A stretch of 64,000 bases of DNA from Bdellovibrionota bacterium (GCA_963668355.1 OY764265.1:1024001-1088000), one strand, 5' to 3'. Numbered from the stretch's first letter, positions 30,917 to 40,948 are shown. Notes: generated from the sequence alone by a model not told the origin. A program made the numbers and translations.

Positions 30917-33040
30917 ATGAGCCTGAAACCAATGTTAAATCCTGATTCGGTGGCCGTAATCGGTGCCTCTTTGAAAGAGGGAAAAGTCGGTTACGCCGTC
31001 ATCCAGAACCTTATCCAAGGAAAATTCAAGGGAAAGCTGGTCCCGGTAAATCCAAAACTCGAGACCTACGAGGGCATCCCCTGTTTCCCCAACCTCGTTT
31101 CCCACAAGGAGCCGGTCGATGTCGCGGTCATTGCAGTTCCTACACCAGCCGTAAAACCGGCCGTTCAAGATGCTCTGGATGCCCACGCCAAATCCATCAT
31201 CGTCATCACCGCCGGGTTCAAAGAAACCGGTCCGGAAGGGGCGGCTCTGGAAGAAGAAATTGGGAAAATGTGCAAGAGCCACGGCGTTCGAATGCTGGGA
31301 CCCAATTGCGTGGGCCTCATCAACGCTCACCACAAATTCAACGCTTCTTTCGCTACCCAAATGCCAACCCCCGGGGGCATCAGCGTGGTTTCTCAGTCTG
31401 GGGCTCTTTGTACGGCCATTTTAGACTGGGCTGCCGGCCGCCATTTGGGTTTGGCCAAACTCATCAGCATCGGAAACAAGGCCGATGTTGACGAAACCGA
31501 TCTTCTTCAAGCCCTCGCTCATGATGACGAGACGAAAGTCATCGTGGCCTACCTCGAAAGCATTGAGTCCGGATCCAATTTCATCAAAATTGCCGAAGAG
31601 GTTTCGGCTCTCAAACCGGTGGTCGTGTTCAAAGCAGGAACCACCAAGGCCGGAGCCAAAGCCGCTTCTTCGCACACCGGAAGTCTAGCCGGTGCAGACA
31701 TCGCTTACGGAGCCGCTTTTAAACGTGCCGGTGTCATTCGCGCAGACTCCTTTGACGCCATGACGGATTTTGCCACTGCACTGGCCATGCAAAATCCTCC
31801 CCAAGGAAATCGGGTGGCCATTGTCACCAATGCCGGAGGTCCTGGAATCATGGCAGCAGACGCGATGGAAAAAGCGGGATTGACGGTACAACCCTTGGAA
31901 GCCAAAACCGCCGAAGCCTTAAAAAAGGATTTACCCGCAGCCGCCAGCGTTGGAAACCCCATTGATGTTTTGGGAGATGCTGGACCGGATCGATATGTAC
32001 GCGCCATCAATGCCGCTCAAGACGACCCTTCTGTGGATTCCATCATGGTTATGCTTTCTCCGCAGGCCATGACTCGGCCCGCCGATGTTGCGCTTGCAGC
32101 GGCCAGCTGTGCTCGCGGAGACAAACCGGTCTTGGCTTGTTTCTTAGGTGGAGAAGATGTCATGCCCGGAAGAGATCAGTTGGTGGCCTCTGGCCTTCCC
32201 GACTTTACCTCGCCCGAAAAAGCTGCCAGCGCATTGAAGGCCATGTGGGAATATTCGGCCTGGAAAAATCGACCTCCTCGAATCATCACACGTTTTCCGG
32301 TCAATCGACGACGCGTGGAACGCATTATCCACCGACATCTTCGCATGGAACGCCTGCAAGTCGGGGAAATCGATGCCAAGAAAATTTTCGAAGCTTACGA
32401 TTTTAAAATTCCTGAAGGAAAATTGGCGACCACCTCCGAGGAAGCCATTGAAATTGCGAACCGCATTGGCATGCCTGTGGTCATGAAAATTGTTTCTCCG
32501 GATATCATTCACAAAAGTGATATGGGAGGCGTGAAACTGAACCTCTCGACCCCTTCGGAAGTTCGGGACGCCTTTGATCTGATGATGTTACGGATTTCCC
32601 AACGCGCCCCGGAGGCCAAGATCGACGGGGTTTATATCGAAAAAATGGGTCAAAAAGGGGTGGAGGTCATTTTGGGAATGACGCGGGACCCTCAATTCGG
32701 CCCCATGCTCATGTTCGGCTTAGGCGGAATTTTTGTGGAAGTCATGAAAGATGTTTCGTTTTACCTGGCTCCGATTACAGCGGATGAAGCCATGCAAATG
32801 TTAAAAGGAACGCGATCTTATTCTCTCCTTACCGGTGTCCGCGGCAGAGCTGGAGTAAATATTGAAGCCATTGCCAAAGGATTGCAGCGCATCAGTCAAC
32901 TGGTGACCGACTTCCCACACATTATGGAATTGGACATCAACCCGTTTATTCTAAGTCCAGATTCAGATGCCAGTTTGGTCGCAGACGGCCGCATTACGCT
33001 TCGAGATTTTCGCCAACAAAAAAGGAATTCAAATGCCTAA
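30917..33040 (+). CDS. ADP-forming acyl/acetate--CoA ligase (fused alpha-beta ACD)
   Basis: VAVIGAS, LGPNCVG, SQSGA, phospho-His motif SHTGSLAG, NPIDVLGDA, ATP-grasp HKSDMGGV. Confidence 0.9.
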   Translation: MSLKPMLNPDSVAVIGASLKEGKVGYAVIQNLIQGKFKGKLVPVNPKLETYEGIPCFPNLVSHKEPVDVAVIAVPTPAVKPAVQDALDAHAKSIIVITAGFKETGPEGAALEEEIGKMCKSHGVRMLGPNCVGLINAHHKFNASFATQMPTPGGISVVSQSGALCTAILDWAAGRHLGLAKLISIGNKADVDETDLLQALAHDDETKVIVAYLESIESGSNFIKIAEEVSALKPVVVFKAGTTKAGAKAASSHTGSLAGADIAYGAAFKRAGVIRADSFDAMTDFATALAMQNPPQGNRVAIVTNAGGPGIMAADAMEKAGLTVQPLEAKTAEALKKDLPAAASVGNPIDVLGDAGPDRYVRAINAAQDDPSVDSIMVMLSPQAMTRPADVALAAASCARGDKPVLACFLGGEDVMPGRDQLVASGLPDFTSPEKAASALKAMWEYSAWKNRPPRIITRFPVNRRRVERIIHRHLRMERLQVGEIDAKKIFEAYDFKIPEGKLATTSEEAIEIANRIGMPVVMKIVSPDIIHKSDMGGVKLNLSTPSEVRDAFDLMMLRISQRAPEAKIDGVYIEKMGQKGVEVILGMTRDPQFGPMLMFGLGGIFVEVMKDVSFYLAPITADEAMQMLKGTRSYSLLTGVRGRAGVNIEAIAKGLQRISQLVTDFPHIMELDINPFILSPDSDASLVADGRITLRDFRQQKRNSNA

Positions 33041-34910
33041 AACACCTTTTGCTTACGACACTTCTTGGAAAGAAAAATACAGAGACTTCCTGGTCTCTGC
33101 GGAACAAGCGGTCTCTCATATTCGAGCCGGACAACGCGTTTTTGTTGGAACGGGTTGTGCCCAACCCTCGGTGTTGGTCGAGGCCATGGTCCAACATGCT
33201 GACGAATTGGTGGACACAGAAATTGTTCATCTCTTAACGTTTGGAGGGGCCCCTTACGCCACGAAAGAGCTCTCAAAGAATTTTCGCGTGAACAGCTTTT
33301 TCATTGCCGAAAATGTACGGGATACCATTCAAGAGGGGTTGGGGGACTACACGCCCATCATGCTTTCAGATATTCCGCGCCTCTTTCGATCCGGCCAAAT
33401 TCCCTTGGATGTCTCTTTGATCCAAGTCACGCCCCCAGACGAGCATGGTCGCTGCAGCTTAGGCGTTTCGGTTGATATTGTGAAAAGTGCGGCAGAAAAT
33501 TCTTCGTTGGTCATTGCGCAGATCAATCCGCAAATGCCTTGGACGCATGGAGACAGCACGCTCAATATTTTTGATTTCGACTATGTTGTCGCTTCCGACG
33601 TTCCCCTACATGAAGTTGAACCTCCCGAAACCACCGATGTCAGCCGGCAGATTGGTGAACACATCGCCGCGTTAATTGATGATGGCTGCACGTTAGAGTT
33701 GGGAATCGGTCAAATTCCTCAGTCCGTATTGGAGTTCTTGGATAAGAAAAAAGATTTGGGCATTCACACAGAAATGTTTACCGATCGACTCATCGAAGCC
33801 ATTGAGTCCGGAGCCATCAACGGAAATAAGAAAACTCTGGATAAACATAAAATTGTTGCGAGCTTTTGTGTCGGAACCAAAAGGATTTTTGATTTTATCG
33901 ACAACAATCCTCTCTTTTCTTTCCAACCTACCGAGGTGGTCAACGACCCTCATGTGATTTCACAGCAGAATAAGATGGTAGCCATCAACGTAGCGTTGGA
34001 AGTGGACCTCACAGGACAAGTCTGTGCCGACTCTCTGGGAACGAAGTTTTTCTCAGGGATTGGGGGGCAAGTGGACTTCAATCGAGGAGCGGCCAAAGCT
34101 GAAAACGGAAAAGCCATCATTGCCCTTCCTTCGACAGCCAAAAACGGAACCATCAGCCGAATTGCCACGCGGTTGAGCAATGGTGCGGGCGTGGTAACCA
34201 CCCGTGGAGATGTTCACTATGTCGTGACGGAACATGGCGTCGCCTACCTTCACGGAAAAAATGTCCAAGAACGAGCCTTGGCCTTAATCAGTGTCGCCCA
34301 TCCGGATTTTCGACCGCAACTTCTTCGTGAAGCCATCGAAGCCAAATATATTCGTTCCACGCTTTCCGATGTTGAAGGTAGAATTCGGGTTTCTCCCCGA
34401 CCTTTGCGTTCAACGTTTGTTTTGAGAGATGGAACTCAAATCGGTTTGCGCTCCATCCAACTCACCGATGAACCGAAAATGAAGAATTTGGTCTACGCGC
34501 TTTCGCAACAAACGATGTACAGCCGTTTCATGAGACAGATCAAATTCGTTCCTAAAAAGGACATTCAAAACTTTGTCTTCATCGACCACCGCACCGAAGT
34601 CGGACTGGTCGCGACGCTCCCTGAATCTGATGGAGAAGAAATTGTGGCCGTGGGTCGATATTATTTGGATCCAAAAACCAACCGCGCTGAAGTGGCTTTC
34701 ACAACAAGAGATGATTGGCAAGGACAGGGCATCGGGACGCAAATGATGAGGGCCTTGATGAAGGTTGCCAAGCGAAATGGAATTCAAGGGTTCACGGCTG
34801 AAGTTTTGGCTGAAAACCGCCCCATGCAGCGAGTCTTCGAGAAAAGTGGTTGCAAAATCAAAAGCCACATGACCGAAGGCATCTACAGCTACGAAATGGA
34901 TTTCGTTTAA
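33033..34910 (+). CDS. Acetyl-CoA hydrolase/CoA-transferase fused to a C-terminal GNAT
   Basis: GIHTEMF, GIGGQVDF, VVTEHG; GNAT motifs WQGQGIG and AEVLAENRPM. Confidence 0.9.
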   Translation: MPKTPFAYDTSWKEKYRDFLVSAEQAVSHIRAGQRVFVGTGCAQPSVLVEAMVQHADELVDTEIVHLLTFGGAPYATKELSKNFRVNSFFIAENVRDTIQEGLGDYTPIMLSDIPRLFRSGQIPLDVSLIQVTPPDEHGRCSLGVSVDIVKSAAENSSLVIAQINPQMPWTHGDSTLNIFDFDYVVASDVPLHEVEPPETTDVSRQIGEHIAALIDDGCTLELGIGQIPQSVLEFLDKKKDLGIHTEMFTDRLIEAIESGAINGNKKTLDKHKIVASFCVGTKRIFDFIDNNPLFSFQPTEVVNDPHVISQQNKMVAINVALEVDLTGQVCADSLGTKFFSGIGGQVDFNRGAAKAENGKAIIALPSTAKNGTISRIATRLSNGAGVVTTRGDVHYVVTEHGVAYLHGKNVQERALALISVAHPDFRPQLLREAIEAKYIRSTLSDVEGRIRVSPRPLRSTFVLRDGTQIGLRSIQLTDEPKMKNLVYALSQQTMYSRFMRQIKFVPKKDIQNFVFIDHRTEVGLVATLPESDGEEIVAVGRYYLDPKTNRAEVAFTTRDDWQGQGIGTQMMRALMKVAKRNGIQGFTAEVLAENRPMQRVFEKSGCKIKSHMTEGIYSYEMDFV

Positions 34911-35002
34911 AAAAGTTCTCCCGAGTTTTTGAATCGTGGATCGTGTGGAGAGACACGACCTCCTTTCCGAGTAGGCCAAACCTTTTTCTCACTTGCCTTG
35001 GC

Positions 35003-35204
35003 TTGGTTTTGCGTCGTTCAAGCTCCAAAGCGACTGTGAAGGCGACCGATTCATCTTGGGAACGAGAGGAAGGGGAAACAGAGACGACCTGCGGCAAGCA
35101 GGGCTTGACGCTGGGCGGACAACGAGGGACCCCTCCGGAAGTGACCATAATGAATCGAGAAGCCGAAACCCCGGAGCTTTTGGAGTTGAACGACGCAAAA
35201 CCAA
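35003..35204. ncRNA. Candidate structured non-coding RNA or MITE-like element
   Basis: 19-bp perfect terminal inverted repeat plus about 8 bp after a bulge; nested stems CGATTCAT/ATGAATCG, GGAAGGGG/CCCCTCC and CCTGC/GCAGG. Confidence 0.55.
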
Positions 35205-35458
35205 CCCCAGCACCTCGCCTCTTTAAATTTTTTAAAAAAGCTGTCATTTGCCACCTATGACGTATGTTGCCATATATCGTCTTTTTTCCACATCTGGGGA
35301 AAAGTAATCCCTTTTATTTTCAACATGTTATGTGTTTTTTCAATCTGGAGAGATAAAACTATCCACAGCAGAAGGTGGTTTTTTGCATTTTGATGTACAA
35401 TCGTTTTTTATATTCAAATGATGGGCCTAGACGTTTGGCCTTGTCTTGATTTTGTGGA

Positions 35459-35821
35459 GTGAATGCAGTGAAGGAAACCACCCATCAGCCAATCCCGCGA
35501 GAAGCGCGCGTGCCTCTCGAAGTTGCCGTTCAGTTTGCCGGCCACCATGGCCCCAACACGGGCCAGACACTCAACGTGAGTTCACGAGGGATGTTTGTTC
35601 GGACCAACAAACCCGGAGTCGTGGGCGAGCATATCTTCTTTCAAATTCAACCCGACGAGGACACACCCATTCGTTTCAATTTAGAGGGCGTCGTGGTGTG
35701 GATTCGTAAACGAGCCTCCCAACAAACCGGCGTTCCCAAAGGTATGGGAATTCGCTTTGCCGAAGGCCCTACGCAAGATGCGAACACGGTCCAAAGGATT
35801 TTTTCCGCTTTAATCTCATAA
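35459..35821 (+). CDS. PilZ-domain protein (myxobacterial TIGR02266-like)
   Basis: NVSSRGMFV, GVVVW, GMGIRF. Confidence 0.85.
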   Translation: MNAVKETTHQPIPREARVPLEVAVQFAGHHGPNTGQTLNVSSRGMFVRTNKPGVVGEHIFFQIQPDEDTPIRFNLEGVVVWIRKRASQQTGVPKGMGIRFAEGPTQDANTVQRIFSALIS

Positions 35822-35872
35822 GCCCAATCCTTTTCGGGCCATTTTTGTAGACGCCGTTTAAACTGTTTCCCC

Positions 35873-37531
35873 TTGGATCGATCATTTTTCAAATTTTGGT
35901 GGGTGGCGCTTTTTGCGTTTTGTCCGCTTTTGTTTTTTCCCTATGTTTATGATGACACCGTCATCATTCTAACGAACCACTACTTGGGCTCCTTTTCGAG
36001 CTTCGGTGAACTTTGGAAGGGGCATGTCGATTCATCTCATGTTATGGATGGAGCTTACCGCCCTCTTTTTCTTTCTTTTCTATCCATCATCAAAGCCACG
36101 CTGGGATCGTCTCCTGCGATTTACCGCTTCATCTCCTTGGCCATTCACAGCTTTTCCACATGGTTGATCTTTCGTTTAGCGCAAGAAACTTTTGGCCTGA
36201 AACGTCCTCTGGCTTTAGGCATTTCCTTTCTCTTTCTTCTCCATCCAATTCATCTCACGACGTTGGACCTTGTATGGAAACAAAGCTCCTTATGGTTGGC
36301 CTTTTTGGCCTTAAGCTCTCTTTATTTCTTATTCAAACAACGGCTTTGGTCCTGTTTATTTTTGATGATCGTCGGTCTGCTCGTAAAAGAGAATGCGCTG
36401 ATTTTCCCTCTTCTTTGGCTGGCCATGGAACCTCTTTTGCCCAAGCAAAATCGGAAATATCGCCTTTTCTTAGTCTCGGTGGCCCTGCTCTTGGGATTCG
36501 TCTACTACTTCTGGGTCTGGCCCCTTTTTCCTCGCCCCATCGACTCTGGAGGCACTCCAAGCGATCGCTTAAAATATTTCGCCACTCAGCTTTCTGTTTT
36601 TCCTTATTATCTCAAAGCTCTGCTATACCCCGCCCATCTCACGATCGACCGGAATATTGTTTTTGCTGAGAGCGTTTCACTCTCTTCCGTTATGACCCTT
36701 CTGGTTCTGATTTTCGGGGGGGTTCTTGCTTGGGTCATCGCGCTTCGAAAACATTCACCTAAAATTGTGGCCCTACTCTTGGCTCTGATTTGGCTTGCCC
36801 CCACCTCTACATTGCATCCCCTGGCTTTAAGCTATGATGAAACACGACTGTATCTTTTCTTCGCATTCGCTCTGATTTCGGGAGCTCTTTTTCTTCAAAA
36901 TCAAAACCTCTCGATTCCCCTCCGACCTTCATTAAAACAGGCGTTAACCCGGTTGTTTTTCATCGTTCTCTTTCTTCTTTCTTTCGTGGGCAGTTTTCGT
37001 TTTTCCTCCGAAAAAACTCTGTGGAAGGAAGCTCTGCGGGTTGATCCAAAATCAGCCCGCGCCCATTATCAGCTGGGCGTTCTCTCAGAGAAAGATCGGG
37101 CATTGGATGAAGCCGAAGATCATTACCGCAAAGCTCTGCTTTTCAGTCCAGATTTTCCCGGAGCCATTCTTGGTCTGGGCCTCATTCAAGGAAAGAAAGG
37201 AGATCTTGAAGGTGCGGAAAGAGAATTTCGAAAACTCCTCGCACATGGGCCTTACTGGAAAACCACGGCTCATTACCATCTAGGTTTAAACGCCATGTAC
37301 AAAAACGAGAAGGAAATCTCTTTTCGACATTTGCAAGAGGTCAGAGCCTTTCCTCCTTTAATCCGCTTGGCCGAAAGAGGAGAAGTCCTCTCGGACATTC
37401 ATTTCAAAAAATTCCGGGCCGCTCGGGGGCGATTGAACAAAATGCTAAAACGTTCCATCACCTCTGAAAAAGATCGAAAATGGGCCCAGGAGCAGCTGAC
37501 AAAGCTTGCCCCTAAAAACACGCTACGTTAA
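35873..37531 (+). CDS. TMTC-like GT-C membrane glycosyltransferase with TPR repeats
   Basis: YVYDD, YRPL, HPIH, KE and RLY motifs; multiple TM segments; TPR tail. Confidence 0.8.
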   Translation: MDRSFFKFWWVALFAFCPLLFFPYVYDDTVIILTNHYLGSFSSFGELWKGHVDSSHVMDGAYRPLFLSFLSIIKATLGSSPAIYRFISLAIHSFSTWLIFRLAQETFGLKRPLALGISFLFLLHPIHLTTLDLVWKQSSLWLAFLALSSLYFLFKQRLWSCLFLMIVGLLVKENALIFPLLWLAMEPLLPKQNRKYRLFLVSVALLLGFVYYFWVWPLFPRPIDSGGTPSDRLKYFATQLSVFPYYLKALLYPAHLTIDRNIVFAESVSLSSVMTLLVLIFGGVLAWVIALRKHSPKIVALLLALIWLAPTSTLHPLALSYDETRLYLFFAFALISGALFLQNQNLSIPLRPSLKQALTRLFFIVLFLLSFVGSFRFSSEKTLWKEALRVDPKSARAHYQLGVLSEKDRALDEAEDHYRKALLFSPDFPGAILGLGLIQGKKGDLEGAEREFRKLLAHGPYWKTTAHYHLGLNAMYKNEKEISFRHLQEVRAFPPLIRLAERGEVLSDIHFKKFRAARGRLNKMLKRSITSEKDRKWAQEQLTKLAPKNTLR

Positions 37532-37541
37532 CTTCACGAAC

Positions 37542-38477
37542 ATGGCGGCCAAACAAACGAAGATTGATCTCTCCACACAGCTCGGACCGCTCACCTTGAA
37601 AAACCCTGTTCTCACAGCTTCCGGAACGTTTGGGTATGGCCTTGAATTTGAACACTTGATCGACTTGAACCGACTGGGGGGCCTCGTCACCAAGGGGCTT
37701 TCTCTTCGCCCCCGAGAAGGGAACCCGCCCCCTCGAATTCATGATTCTGCCAGCGGCATGCTCAACTCCATCGGCCTGCACAATATTGGCGTGGATGCCT
37801 TCCTAAAAGAAAAACTCCCCAGGCTTTCAAAGTATGACACGGCCATCATCGTCAATATATACGGAGAAAACCCCGATGATTTTGTGGAAGTGGCCCGCGA
37901 GTTGGGCTCGGTCAAAGAGTTGGCTGCCCTGGAAATCAATATTTCCTGTCCCAATGTGAAAACCGGAGGACTGGACCTTGGAACCGACCCCAAGGAAGTC
38001 AAAACACTCACATCCAGAATACGGGAAGTCACGTCCAAGCCTCTTTTCGCCAAACTTACACCCAACGTGACCGACATCCGAGTTTTGGCCAAGGCCGCCA
38101 TGGAAGGGGGGGCAGACGGCCTCTCCCTCATCAATTCCGTGAAGGGAATGGCGGTGAATCTAGATAGAAAAACGCCCCATCTATCCTCCGTATGCGGAGG
38201 CCTATCCGGCCCCGCAATCAAGCCGATCGCTTTGGCCAAGGTGTATGAGGTTTCCAAGGCCTTGGACGTCCCCATCATGGGAATCGGTGGAATTTCGTCC
38301 GGACAAGATGCTCTGGAGTTCATGGTGGTGGGTGCTCAAGCCATTCAAGTCGGCACCGAGAACTTCGTCCACTCCAATGCCACGATCCGGATTTTGGACG
38401 AAATGGAAAAATACCTCCGAGAACACGAAATATCGAAAGTTCGGCACCTCATTCGAAGCCTTTCCGTGTTAAACTAG
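37542..38477 (+). CDS. pyrD: Dihydroorotate dehydrogenase, family 1
   Basis: ASGTFG, NSIGL, EINISCPNV, KLTPN, GGLSGPAIKP. Confidence 0.95.
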   Translation: MAAKQTKIDLSTQLGPLTLKNPVLTASGTFGYGLEFEHLIDLNRLGGLVTKGLSLRPREGNPPPRIHDSASGMLNSIGLHNIGVDAFLKEKLPRLSKYDTAIIVNIYGENPDDFVEVARELGSVKELAALEINISCPNVKTGGLDLGTDPKEVKTLTSRIREVTSKPLFAKLTPNVTDIRVLAKAAMEGGADGLSLINSVKGMAVNLDRKTPHLSSVCGGLSGPAIKPIALAKVYEVSKALDVPIMGIGGISSGQDALEFMVVGAQAIQVGTENFVHSNATIRILDEMEKYLREHEISKVRHLIRSLSVLN

Positions 38478-38486
38478 CCTCGCGCT

Positions 38487-38855
38487 ATGGCCGAAGGAAG
38501 TCGAACCTTTAAACCTCGTAAAACTCGAATTCCCGTTCGAATCCCGGTGAATCAGTCTACGATTGAACTATTCACGGGTAGCGAAATCATGAATCTTTCA
38601 AAAGGCGGATTGTTCATTCGCTCGGACATCTCCCTTCCCGTAGGATCCATGGTAGACCTTCAATTCACCCTCCCTCTTCTGAAAAAAACGATCAAATTGG
38701 AAGGCGTGGTGGTTTGGAGCCGCCACCGAACGTCGAAAACGACCGGGGCGTTCCAAAGCCATCCCCCCGGAATGGGAGTCGAGTTTCGATCTGCGGGATC
38801 CAAAGAACTAAAGTGGATCCAAGAGGAGATAGAAAGGCAGATGCGCAACCTGTAA
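38487..38855 (+). CDS. PilZ-domain protein
   Basis: NLSKGGLFI, GVVVW, PGMGVEF. Confidence 0.87.
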   Translation: MAEGSRTFKPRKTRIPVRIPVNQSTIELFTGSEIMNLSKGGLFIRSDISLPVGSMVDLQFTLPLLKKTIKLEGVVVWSRHRTSKTTGAFQSHPPGMGVEFRSAGSKELKWIQEEIERQMRNL

Positions 38856-38881
38856 TTTCCTGTTATGATTTCGCGTCTTTT

Positions 38882-39385
38882 ATGGCAGCGAAAAAGCAAA
38901 AATTATTCAGTGTTGGTGACAAAGCCGTATATCCCGCTCACGGCGTGGGCGTAATCGAGCGAATTGAGAATAAGGAAATTTCCGGAACTCTTTTTTCGTT
39001 TTATGTCATCCGTATTTTAGACAGCGACATGACGATCATGGTTCCCACGGCAAATGCAGATAGCGTTGGCCTGAGACAACTCATTGGTCCCGAAAAAGTG
39101 AACAAGGTCTTTAAAGTTTTTGAAAAACAAGACGTCGTCATTGACACGACAACCTGGAACCGACGGTACCGCGAATACATGGAAAAAATTAAAACGGGCT
39201 CGGTATTTGAAATCGCGGAAGTCATGAGAGACCTGTACATCCTGAAAAAAACAAAAACGCTTTCGTTTGGCGAACGAAAGATGCTCGATACGGCACGTAC
39301 CCTTTTGGTCAAAGAGTTGGCTTTGGCTAAATCCGTTAACGAAGACGACATCGAGAGCAAAATTCTTAAATACTTTCAGTCGTGA
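38882..39385 (+). CDS. carD: CarD/CdnL-family transcription factor
   Basis: GDKAVYPAHGVG, WNRRYREYMEKIKTG, LSFGERKML; carD-ispD-ispF synteny. Confidence 0.93.
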   Translation: MAAKKQKLFSVGDKAVYPAHGVGVIERIENKEISGTLFSFYVIRILDSDMTIMVPTANADSVGLRQLIGPEKVNKVFKVFEKQDVVIDTTTWNRRYREYMEKIKTGSVFEIAEVMRDLYILKKTKTLSFGERKMLDTARTLLVKELALAKSVNEDDIESKILKYFQS

Positions 39386-40071
39386 CCATTTCAGCCGTGA
39401 TATGCGCGGGAGGTTCTGGAAAACGCTTTGGGGGCGACACCCCAAAACAATTTCGACCGATCAATCATGTCCCCCTGATTATTCATACCCTTCGGGCTTT
39501 TGAGCGAACCTCAAAAATTGACGACATTGTCGTGGTCTTTCCCAAATCGGATCTTTCTTTTTTGGATGCAGAGGCCTGCCACAAATGGGGTTTGGAAAAA
39601 GTACGAAAAGTCGTTCCTGGAGGAACCTCCAGACAAGCTTCGGTATTTGAAGGTCTAAAAGCCATTTCATGGAACCCAGAAATCGTCGCGATCCACGATG
39701 CAGCCCGATGTTTGGTTTCCACGAAAATTATCGAAGATACTCTTTCGGCTTGCGCCAATTGGGATGGCGGAATTGCTGCCCTTCCTGTCAAAGACACCCT
39801 CAAGCGCGTGAAGGATGAAAAGATTGAGAAAACCATTCCCCGAATGCACTTATGGGCCATGCAAACGCCTCAAACCTTTAAATTCGATTTCATTTTGAAT
39901 GCTTACCGGGAAGCTGAGAAACAGGAACTCGAAGCGACGGATGATGCCATGTTGGCTGAGGCTGTGGGGGGCAATATCTGTGTCGTGGAGGGTTCAACAG
40001 AGAACATCAAAGTAACCTATCGAGAGGATTTGGAATTGGCTGAACTCATTCTTTCTCGGAGAAATTCATGA
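39382..40071 (+). CDS. ispD: 2-C-methyl-D-erythritol 4-phosphate cytidylyltransferase
   Basis: AGGSGKRFG..PKQF, HDAAR, QTPQ, TDDA, NIKVT. Confidence 0.95.
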   Translation: MTISAVICAGGSGKRFGGDTPKQFRPINHVPLIIHTLRAFERTSKIDDIVVVFPKSDLSFLDAEACHKWGLEKVRKVVPGGTSRQASVFEGLKAISWNPEIVAIHDAARCLVSTKIIEDTLSACANWDGGIAALPVKDTLKRVKDEKIEKTIPRMHLWAMQTPQTFKFDFILNAYREAEKQELEATDDAMLAEAVGGNICVVEGSTENIKVTYREDLELAELILSRRNS

Positions 40072-40550
40072 GCGAGGTCCGCGTGGGCCAAGGTTTGGAT
40101 GTCCATACATTTGAGAAAGGAAGACCCCTCTTTTTAGGAGGAGTTCAGATCCCACATGATCATGGACTCAAAGGGCACTCCGACGCCGATGCTTTGATTC
40201 ATGCCATCGTGGATGCTCTCCTGGGCGCTTTGGCTCTGGGAGATATCGGAAAGCATTTCCCGGATTCAGACCCTCAATACAAAGGAAAGCCCAGCTCCTT
40301 TTTCCTAAAAGCAGCTCATGCGTTGGTGACTCAAAAGGGTTGGAAAATCGCAAATATTGACTCCACCGTTTTTACAGAGGCCCCCATTCTTCGGCCTCAT
40401 ATCAACTCGATGCAAGAGAATCTCTCCACTCTCCTGGAACTTAAACAGGATCAGGTAAGCATCAAAGCCACTCGCCCAGAAAAAATGGGCGCCCTGGGAC
40501 GCAAAGAGGGCTTATTGGCTCAATCGATCGTTTTGTTGGTCAAGCCCTAG
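40068..40550 (+). CDS. ispF: 2-C-methyl-D-erythritol 2,4-cyclodiphosphate synthase
   Basis: GQGLDVH, GHSDAD, DIGKHFPD. Confidence 0.96.
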   Translation: MSEVRVGQGLDVHTFEKGRPLFLGGVQIPHDHGLKGHSDADALIHAIVDALLGALALGDIGKHFPDSDPQYKGKPSSFFLKAAHALVTQKGWKIANIDSTVFTEAPILRPHINSMQENLSTLLELKQDQVSIKATRPEKMGALGRKEGLLAQSIVLLVKP

Positions 40551-40564
40551 TTTTTTCCACACGT

Positions 40565-40948
40565 TTATTTCGGCGGCTCAGCCCGTCCAAAGGCATCAAT
40601 GCCTTCTCCCTCACACTCCGCCACAAAGGTTCGAAAGTTTTGGACCATGGTTTTCGACACGTGATGAAAGGCGACCCCACACCCCAAGGAGCCTTTTTTA
40701 CGATCATGATTGGCCCAAGCCACCCTTCCCTCGACCATGCATCGTTTCTTCTTCCCTTTAATCGTTAACGTTAAGCAAAGAATGAGTTCACTTCCTGGGT
40801 AAAGACGTTCTCCCGTCTCAATGAACGCGCCACCTTCGCTGAAGTTTAGAACACGCGCTTCAAACATCGTCCGACGGGCGGGTTTGACTTCAGAATTTAA
40901 GTCCGTACTCACACGTGGATGTTTTCTTTTCTGAATCATATTGGTCAT
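40565..40948 (-). CDS. PilZ-domain protein
   Basis: RKHPR and NFSEGG motifs, GRVAW, GVAF. Confidence 0.87.
   Translation of the reverse strand: MTNMIQKRKHPRVSTDLNSEVKPARRTMFEARVLNFSEGGAFIETGERLYPGSELILCLTLTIKGKKKRCMVEGRVAWANHDRKKGSLGCGVAFHHVSKTMVQNFRTFVAECEGEGIDAFGRAEPPK

Noticed and set aside
35003..35204. tmRNA, RNase P, SRP RNA or a complete retron
   Set aside because: Lacks tRNA-like ends, GAGGAAAGTCC and the SRP loop motif; no reverse transcriptase in the window.
34850..35260. Overlapping 67-136 aa ORFs on both strands
   Set aside because: No RBS or protein-like motifs; better explained by the structured element.
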